Shown here one piece after another: positions 27,064 to 32,481 of a stretch of 32,481 bases of DNA. A program made the translations under genes and the position numbers. The stretch's first letter is position 1, and every line of letters begins with the position of its first letter. The notes under the pieces are model-generated. The model ran no database searches. It was not told where the DNA came from and saw only the letters and a program-made list of their open reading frames with translations. The stretch comes from Nitrospinaceae bacterium (GTDB lineage: Bacteria; Nitrospinota; Nitrospinia; Nitrospinales; VA-1), in the NCBI GenBank assembly GCA_046754465.1, contig JBHHVU010000036.1:1-32481 (forward strand), read 5' to 3'.

Positions 27064-28497
27064 ATGAAAACACCAAAAAACAAAAAAATATCTCCCATGA
27101 AAAAAACCGGTTTTTTTATTCTTTTTTCCATATTTTCCTTGTGGTTGTTCAACACCTTTCTCTGGGGCAAGGAACCCGGGGCCATCACCCGCGGGGAATT
27201 CGCAGAACTGATGACGCAGTCCCTGCCCGACAGCCCGATATTGCCCAAGAACCTCGGCGGGTTGTCTTCAAAAAAGTTGTATTACAAAATGGTGGAAGCC
27301 TTGAACCGGCGTGGGTTTTCGGTTTGGAAGGATAAGAAACCGGACGGGGTTTTGACGAACTTGGAATTTGTACGGGTGGCTTATGCCTTTACGGGGGGGG
27401 CCGCCGGGAAAAGCCTGTTTGACCAGAAACAAAGTTTGAAACGGTCAGGAATTATATCGACTACGGACATCGGTCTCGCTACGGGGGTCGAGGGAAAGGC
27501 GGTCCTGTTCCACCAGGGGGAATCCCGGGGCGCGCGGGTCGCGCTGGCGTCTCCCTTGTTCATGTATGACCGGGTCAATACGGGAATCAACTCCAAAGCC
27601 TCTTTCACCTTCGATGACGGCAGCAAAATCACCCTGGGAGAAGACGCCGTCGTTAAAATCTCCAAGCACATTTATAACCCGGATAAGAATTTCCGCCAGA
27701 CGGTGATAAAAGTTCTGGTGGGTTCCGTGAGGTTCGTGGTGACCAAGGCCCATGGAAAGGGATCCCTGTTCAAGGTGGTCACCCCGGTGGTCACGGCTGG
27801 CGTGCGGGGAACCGAATTCGTGGCGATGGTGGAGCCCTCCCGGAAAACCACATTTGTGGGGTTGGAGGGGTCTTTTGAAACCGCGGCCAGGCTACCCTCC
27901 GGTGAGAGGGGCAGAACAGCCATCGTTGGCAGAGGGCAAGCCCAGGAAATATCTAGCAGGGGGATCGCCTCCGAGGTTAAAAAGGCCTCCCGCAAATTGA
28001 TGAGAAAAGTTCGGGAATTGACCACCACGGAAGAAAAAGTGACACTGGCCAGGGGCATCCCGAGGGACCAAGTCAGGGAAATCGCCGAGAAAGTCAAAAA
28101 GGCATCCCATGAGGGCCGGGACGACAGAAGGGAAACCGAACGCGAATTTGAACGGGAAGCAAAAGAGGCTCAAAAAGAGGCTAAGGAAGAAGAGAAACGG
28201 GTGGAAGATGAAGCAAAAGAAGCCGCCAAGGAGGCGGAAGACGCCGCCAAGGAAGCCATGAAAGAAATGGAGGATGAAACTAAAGAAGCCGCCAAGGAAG
28301 CGGAAGATAGCGCCAAGGAAGCCGCCAAGGAGGCCTCTCAGACTGCCATAAAGGATGCTGCCAAGGAAGCCGTCAAGGCGGCGGAAGACGCCGCCAAGGA
28401 TGCCGCCAAGGAAGCCAGGGATGCCGCCAAGGAAGCGGCGAAAGAGGCTGAAACCGAAGCCAGCCACTCGGGAAGCGGTCATGGAGGAGGCGGGTGA
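27064..28497 (+). CDS. Exported FecR-domain protein with an Ala/Glu/Lys repeat tail
   Basis: Signal-like MKKTGFFILFSIFSLWLF; FecR motifs DRVNTG....FTFDDGSKITLGE and TPVVTAGVRGTEF; C-terminal EDxAKEAAKEA repeats; ends SHSGSGHGGGG. Confidence 0.85.
   Translation: MKTPKNKKISPMKKTGFFILFSIFSLWLFNTFLWGKEPGAITRGEFAELMTQSLPDSPILPKNLGGLSSKKLYYKMVEALNRRGFSVWKDKKPDGVLTNLEFVRVAYAFTGGAAGKSLFDQKQSLKRSGIISTTDIGLATGVEGKAVLFHQGESRGARVALASPLFMYDRVNTGINSKASFTFDDGSKITLGEDAVVKISKHIYNPDKNFRQTVIKVLVGSVRFVVTKAHGKGSLFKVVTPVVTAGVRGTEFVAMVEPSRKTTFVGLEGSFETAARLPSGERGRTAIVGRGQAQEISSRGIASEVKKASRKLMRKVRELTTTEEKVTLARGIPRDQVREIAEKVKKASHEGRDDRRETEREFEREAKEAQKEAKEEEKRVEDEAKEAAKEAEDAAKEAMKEMEDETKEAAKEAEDSAKEAAKEASQTAIKDAAKEAVKAAEDAAKDAAKEARDAAKEAAKEAETEASHSGSGHGGGG
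28204..28449 (+). repeat. Coding 33-bp (11-aa) imperfect tandem repeat
   Basis: EDEAKEAAKEA / EDAAKEAMKEM / EDETKEAAKEA / EDSAKEAAKEA / ... / EDAAKDAAKEA / RDAAKEAAKEA; recurring GCCGCCAAGGA. Confidence 0.85.
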
Positions 28498-28572
28498 CCC
28501 GGTGAACGGGTGACCGCTATCGCACTTCCCGGCCGCGGGCCCCGGGCTCTGAGTTTTTGATGAATTCTTTTT

Positions 28573-28606
28573 ACCCTCCCCGTGCGAATGCACGAGGGGG
28601 GTTTTT
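28573..28606 (+). terminator. Intrinsic terminator between the convergent FecR-domain and cyclase genes
   Basis: ACCCTCCCCGTGC-GAAT-GCACGAGGGGGGT followed by TTTT. Confidence 0.65.
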
Positions 28607-30881
28607 ATTTCGACAAAATATCGTACACCCCGTCCCATTCTTTCCCGGGAGACCTCGCTTTATAGTCGATGCACCGGTTGAGGAAGGTGTGGGAGGGGCC
28701 GTCATCGGCCCGCCGTTGGAGGACCTCTTCAAAGCTGGCGATGGCTTTGTCCCATTGCCGGGTCTTATAAAACAGGATGCCTTGATAATAAATGGGTAAT
28801 ATTTCCCGGAATATTCCATCCGTTTCCCCGGCCTTGCCCAGCAACTCGTAAATTTTGACCGGTTTTTGTTTGCCGACCACGCGGATCAAATCCAGTTCGC
28901 GGACTTCGATGGAATCCTTGGCCTGCTGGTAGGTGGATTCACTGATAATGGAATAGGTACCATAAAATTTATTGACTCCTTCCAGCCGCGCGGCCAGGTT
29001 GACGGAGTCGCCGTTCATGCCATAGTTCATTCGGTATTTGGATCCCATGTTCCCGACCACCATGGGACCGGTATTGATCCCCACTCTCATGAAAAAACAG
29101 GGTTTTCCTTCCCCCTTCCATTGTTCGCGAAGTTGACTCAACCGTTGCTGCATTTCGATACATACCCAACAGGCCCGTTTGGCATGATCCTGGAAATAAA
29201 TGGGCGCGCCAAAAAATGCCCGAATGGCATCGCCGTCAAATTTATCCAGCGTTCCTTCATGCTTGATCAGGATTTGCATCATCTCGGAAAAATAGGAATT
29301 CAGCAGGTTCACGAGTTCCTCGGCGGAAAGGTTCTCGGAAATCGTGGTGAATTTTTCCAGGTCCGTAAAATATCCCGTCAACACCTTCTTTTCCCCACCG
29401 AGCTTCAGCATGCCGGGATTTTCCATAAGTTGGTCAATCACCTTGGGGGAAAGATACTGGCCGAAGGCATTTTTGATAAATCGTTTCTGTTTTTCCTCGG
29501 TAAAATACCGGTAAATCATCAACGCGAAAAATATGAAAAAATTTTCCATCACCGGATAGACGTCGGTGATCCAGTAATTCATCTTCACGAAAACCCAGTG
29601 ATGGACCATGAACAGTCCCGCGAAAACGAAAAGCCATATAAAACCGCCAAAAATGGGCTTGAGCCGGCAATATAACAGGAGGAGTCCCATTCCGAGCAGG
29701 GCCAGCCAAGCGCCCTCCACCGCCGGAATCCAATTGGGTTGATGAATGAAGTTTTTGCGAAGAATATTGTCAATCACCGTCGCGTGAATTTCCACCCCCG
29801 GCAAAACATTATCGAAGGGCGTCACTTTAAAATCCGCCAGGGCGGCAGCGGTGGCGCCAACGATAACGATTTTGTCCCGCAGGTTTTCTTTCAGAAGTTT
29901 TTCATTCCGCCCGCGAAGAATATCCGCGAGGGAAATGTGTGGAAAGGTTTTACGAGCCCCCAGGTAGTTGACGTACAACTCGCCCCTGGGGCTGGCGGGA
30001 ATCACAATGGGATCGAGACTGTCCAAAATCACCTTTTCGACGCCAAGCTCATTGACCCGGAACAGGAGACTGCCTTCTAAATAGGCTTCAAGAATTCGAA
30101 CCGCGAGGGGCGGAAAATAATAATCACGGCCGGTGCTCTTGTCCCGGTATCGAACGATCAGGGGGAGCTTGCGGACCGAACCGTCCGGTTCGATGGAGAA
30201 ATTGAAAAACCCGGCGGTCTTGACCTTTCGGGACAGCATCGCCAGGTTGGATTCGACCGCATAGGCCTGGGGGAATTTCATGGAAGACAAATCGATTCCG
30301 GCGTTGGATTTAATGAAACCGCTGAATCGCGAGGCTTGAATATTTTGAAAATTGGCATTCAACTCCTCTTCCGTAAGGTGCCCCACCTCCTCAGTAGAAA
30401 AATGGAAGAAATATCCCAGCACGGATTTCCTGAATTGGCCCAGCTGGGCGGCAAATTGTTTGTCATGGTCCCAACGCAGCAAATATTGATTCAATGCCCT
30501 TTCCGTGGGCGGCCCCTGGGACAGAACTTCACCGATAATCTTTTGCAGGGCTTGCGGACTTTTAATTCCCCAGCTTTCGTCCCGGGAAGAAAAGACCATA
30601 TCGAATCCGATCACCTTCACCTGATACTTCCGCAACTTTTCCACCAATCGGGCCATGGTGGATCGGGGCCACGGCCAACGGCCCATCTCGTCGAGACTTT
30701 TTTCATCCACCCCCGCTATGACGACTTCCGGACCGGGTGGGAGGGGTCCCCGCCAAAGAAAATGGGCCGTTTGAAACATCAGTTCAATACGGTCGAATAA
30801 GGGGGGATGAACCCAGTAGGTCGTCAGCACAATCACCGTGACGAGAAATCCAATGGTCGCATGGGCGTATTTCTTTACCAT
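28605..30881 (-). CDS. CHASE2-domain membrane class III adenylate/guanylate cyclase
   Basis: CHASE2 (VVIAGVDEKSL...GRWPWPR, IGFDMVFS, PGVEIHA), three TM segments, FTDLEKFT, DKFDGDAI, GDSVNLAARLE, RVVGK, TPR-like tail. Confidence 0.93.
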   Translation of the reverse strand: MVKKYAHATIGFLVTVIVLTTYWVHPPLFDRIELMFQTAHFLWRGPLPPGPEVVIAGVDEKSLDEMGRWPWPRSTMARLVEKLRKYQVKVIGFDMVFSSRDESWGIKSPQALQKIIGEVLSQGPPTERALNQYLLRWDHDKQFAAQLGQFRKSVLGYFFHFSTEEVGHLTEEELNANFQNIQASRFSGFIKSNAGIDLSSMKFPQAYAVESNLAMLSRKVKTAGFFNFSIEPDGSVRKLPLIVRYRDKSTGRDYYFPPLAVRILEAYLEGSLLFRVNELGVEKVILDSLDPIVIPASPRGELYVNYLGARKTFPHISLADILRGRNEKLLKENLRDKIVIVGATAAALADFKVTPFDNVLPGVEIHATVIDNILRKNFIHQPNWIPAVEGAWLALLGMGLLLLYCRLKPIFGGFIWLFVFAGLFMVHHWVFVKMNYWITDVYPVMENFFIFFALMIYRYFTEEKQKRFIKNAFGQYLSPKVIDQLMENPGMLKLGGEKKVLTGYFTDLEKFTTISENLSAEELVNLLNSYFSEMMQILIKHEGTLDKFDGDAIRAFFGAPIYFQDHAKRACWVCIEMQQRLSQLREQWKGEGKPCFFMRVGINTGPMVVGNMGSKYRMNYGMNGDSVNLAARLEGVNKFYGTYSIISESTYQQAKDSIEVRELDLIRVVGKQKPVKIYELLGKAGETDGIFREILPIYYQGILFYKTRQWDKAIASFEEVLQRRADDGPSHTFLNRCIDYKARSPGKEWDGVYDILSK

Positions 30882-31080
30882 ATCGGAAAGGAGGATATTC
30901 TATTTGGACTTGAGTTGAAAATAAAAATTAGGCCAGATAGGGAGAGCGGGACCGGGGAAGGCAACCACCCCCCGGGAAAAAAAGGGGAATGGGAAGACGC
31001 GATTTTGTTTTCGATGGGCTAACGGCCGCCTAAAAAACTTGACAAGAAGATGAAAAAAGGCGATCGGGAGAAGATGGCAA

Positions 31081-32013
31081 CTACAATTCGAATCCAAAGG
31101 TCACCCCGATAATATTCTCGGTAAAATCGACGGTGGCCAGGTTGGATACGCTGATAATATGTTGATAATCCAACTTTAACTCGAAAATCTTGAACAGGGT
31201 CTTGTACCACAACAGTCTGAAGGTGTGTTTATTATCCAGCCGTTCCTCGCCAATGCTCGGGGTGATTTTATCATAATCCCGGACCTTGTATTTGTAGGAA
31301 ACTTTTAAATTGGATTTCAGGGGGGTGGGAAGCTTCAACATCCCCTTGACGGTGTGAGCAAAATAATCGAATTCATTGCCCTTGGCCTGTTCGATGGAAA
31401 ACCGGTAACCCCCGCTCACATAAGCCTTGCTTTTCATGAAAAAGAAAAACTGACTGAATCCGATCGAGTGGTTAGCTGCGTCCCGGTCATTGGCGGAAAA
31501 GAAATTCTTGTCCATGAACATGTAACTGATGTCGGTGTAAAGATGGGAGGTCAGGAGGATTCCCACGCGGGGAATCAACATATGCATCCCTAAAAATTCA
31601 TCGTCGTCCAGGGTGGTGTAGGTGTAACTATAATCGAGGCCCGTGTCCACCTTCTCGGCTTCATGGGCTGCGGAAAGATTAAAACTGTGGGACTGGAAGT
31701 CAAAGTCGGATCTGTCTTCGTATAAACTCTGGAAAAAATTGTAACCGGCATCCAGTTCAAGGGCCGAAGTGTCGACCAACTTATAAAGGCCATCCACTTC
31801 AAAGGTATAGGCGTGGTCTGCTTCGTTCGAGATGATGTCTTGCTCGACCCGCGTGAGATTGTCGTCATACTCAATCCCGGCCTTGGCGCCGATATGCCAT
31901 CGCTTTTCCTTCTCACTCGATTCTTCCGCTAAAACCGGTATGGAACTCTGGATAACCGCTATCCCCAGAAAAAAACAAAGCAAGGCACACGGTCTGATCG
32001 GGTAGCCAAACAT
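31081..32013 (-). CDS. Putative outer-membrane beta-barrel protein
   Basis: Signal peptide, GIEYDDNL motif, alternating aromatic-rich strands (LDYSYTYT, VSYKYKVRDY), C-terminal VTFGFEL; GGAGGAG RBS. Confidence 0.8.
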   Translation of the reverse strand: MFGYPIRPCALLCFFLGIAVIQSSIPVLAEESSEKEKRWHIGAKAGIEYDDNLTRVEQDIISNEADHAYTFEVDGLYKLVDTSALELDAGYNFFQSLYEDRSDFDFQSHSFNLSAAHEAEKVDTGLDYSYTYTTLDDDEFLGMHMLIPRVGILLTSHLYTDISYMFMDKNFFSANDRDAANHSIGFSQFFFFMKSKAYVSGGYRFSIEQAKGNEFDYFAHTVKGMLKLPTPLKSNLKVSYKYKVRDYDKITPSIGEERLDNKHTFRLLWYKTLFKIFELKLDYQHIISVSNLATVDFTENIIGVTFGFEL

Positions 32014-32069
32014 GGTTAGAATCTCCTCCGGTGAAGATCGGCTCTAGGAAGGCCTGAAATAGTTATTGA

Positions 32070-32098
32070 ATTTTAATATATTAAAGGAAAGGAGTCAA
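32070..32098 (-). promoter_or_regulatory. Putative sigma70 promoter for the barrel (and possibly cyclase) gene
   Basis: Minus strand TTGACT-17 nt-TAAAAT; perfect palindrome TTTAATATATTAAA (32072-32085) overlaps the spacer and -10. Confidence 0.6.
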
Positions 32099-32361
32099 AC
32101 TGAATCAAACGAAGTCCGCGAATTTTCCGCCGGAGAGCGGGGAACGACCCACCTCTCCAGGACTTTTTCCGTGGGGTTCAACGAAGAAATCGCCCGACCG
32201 GCTAATTCGGAAAATCCCTGATCCCTGAATTTTCAATCGGAATCTTCCTGAAATCCAGTTTGGTCGATTCGCCGCCAAAAACACTGAAAAAATATGGAAA
32301 ACAATCGGGGAAGCTTGGCGCTTCCCCGATGGATGGACCATTTAATTTTGGAGGGGACTTC

Positions 32362-32481
32362 TCAGTCGTCGCCGCCGTGCCTTCCTTTGCGGCTTTCATC
32401 GCGGACTTCCTCGCGCACCTGGTTCCGGGTCTCTTCGCGCACCTGGTTCCGGGTCTCTTCGCGCACCTCGTTCCGGGTCTC
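32362..32481 (-). CDS. 3' end of a truncated octapeptide-repeat protein
   Basis: Open frame from the window edge: ETRNEVRE-ETRNQVRE-ETRNQVRE-EVRDESRKGRHGGDD-stop (TGA 32362-32364); absent from the ORF track. Confidence 0.65.
   Translation of the reverse strand, partial: ETRNEVREETRNQVREETRNQVREEVRDESRKGRHGGDD
32411..32481. repeat. 24-bp tandem repeat, about 3 copies, running off the window end
   Basis: TCGCGCACCTGGTTCCGGGTCTCT at 32411 and 32435, third copy from 32459 with one mismatch. Confidence 0.92.

Noticed and set aside
32411..32481. CRISPR array at the window end
   Set aside because: The 24-bp units abut with no spacers and keep a reading frame, so this is a coding tandem repeat

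Overview
Bacterial chromosomal segment from a diderm using the MEP isoprenoid pathway. The short EF-Ts and gene style suggest a Nitrospinota/deltaproteobacteria-like lineage, but that is inference only. Both ends lie inside tandem repeats, so this may be a whole contig. From left to right: (1) a housekeeping block, rimO, pfkA, rpsB leader-rpsB-tsf-pyrH-frr-uppS-cdsA-dxr-ispF; (2) an AT-richer minus-strand signalling operon with a REC-3xPAS histidine kinase carrying FixL-like heme-PAS motifs, REC-HD-GYP, REC-HDOD and a degenerate REC-HD-GYP; (3) a divergent specialised type II fatty-acid cluster of FabF-like KAS, ACP, two phytoene-desaturase-like flavoproteins and FabG; (4) a decaying glycosyltransferase/phosphotransferase operon with an unannotated pseudogene fragment; (5) a candidate trans-envelope cyclic-nucleotide module of CRP, a FecR-domain protein with an 11-residue repeat tail, a CHASE2 class III cyclase, an outer-membrane barrel and a truncated octapeptide-repeat ORF, with two matching CRP-like operators. 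Five same-orientation copies of a ~70-98 nt structured intergenic repeat that I do not recognise also occur. No rRNA, tRNA, transposase, integrase or CRISPR array was seen.
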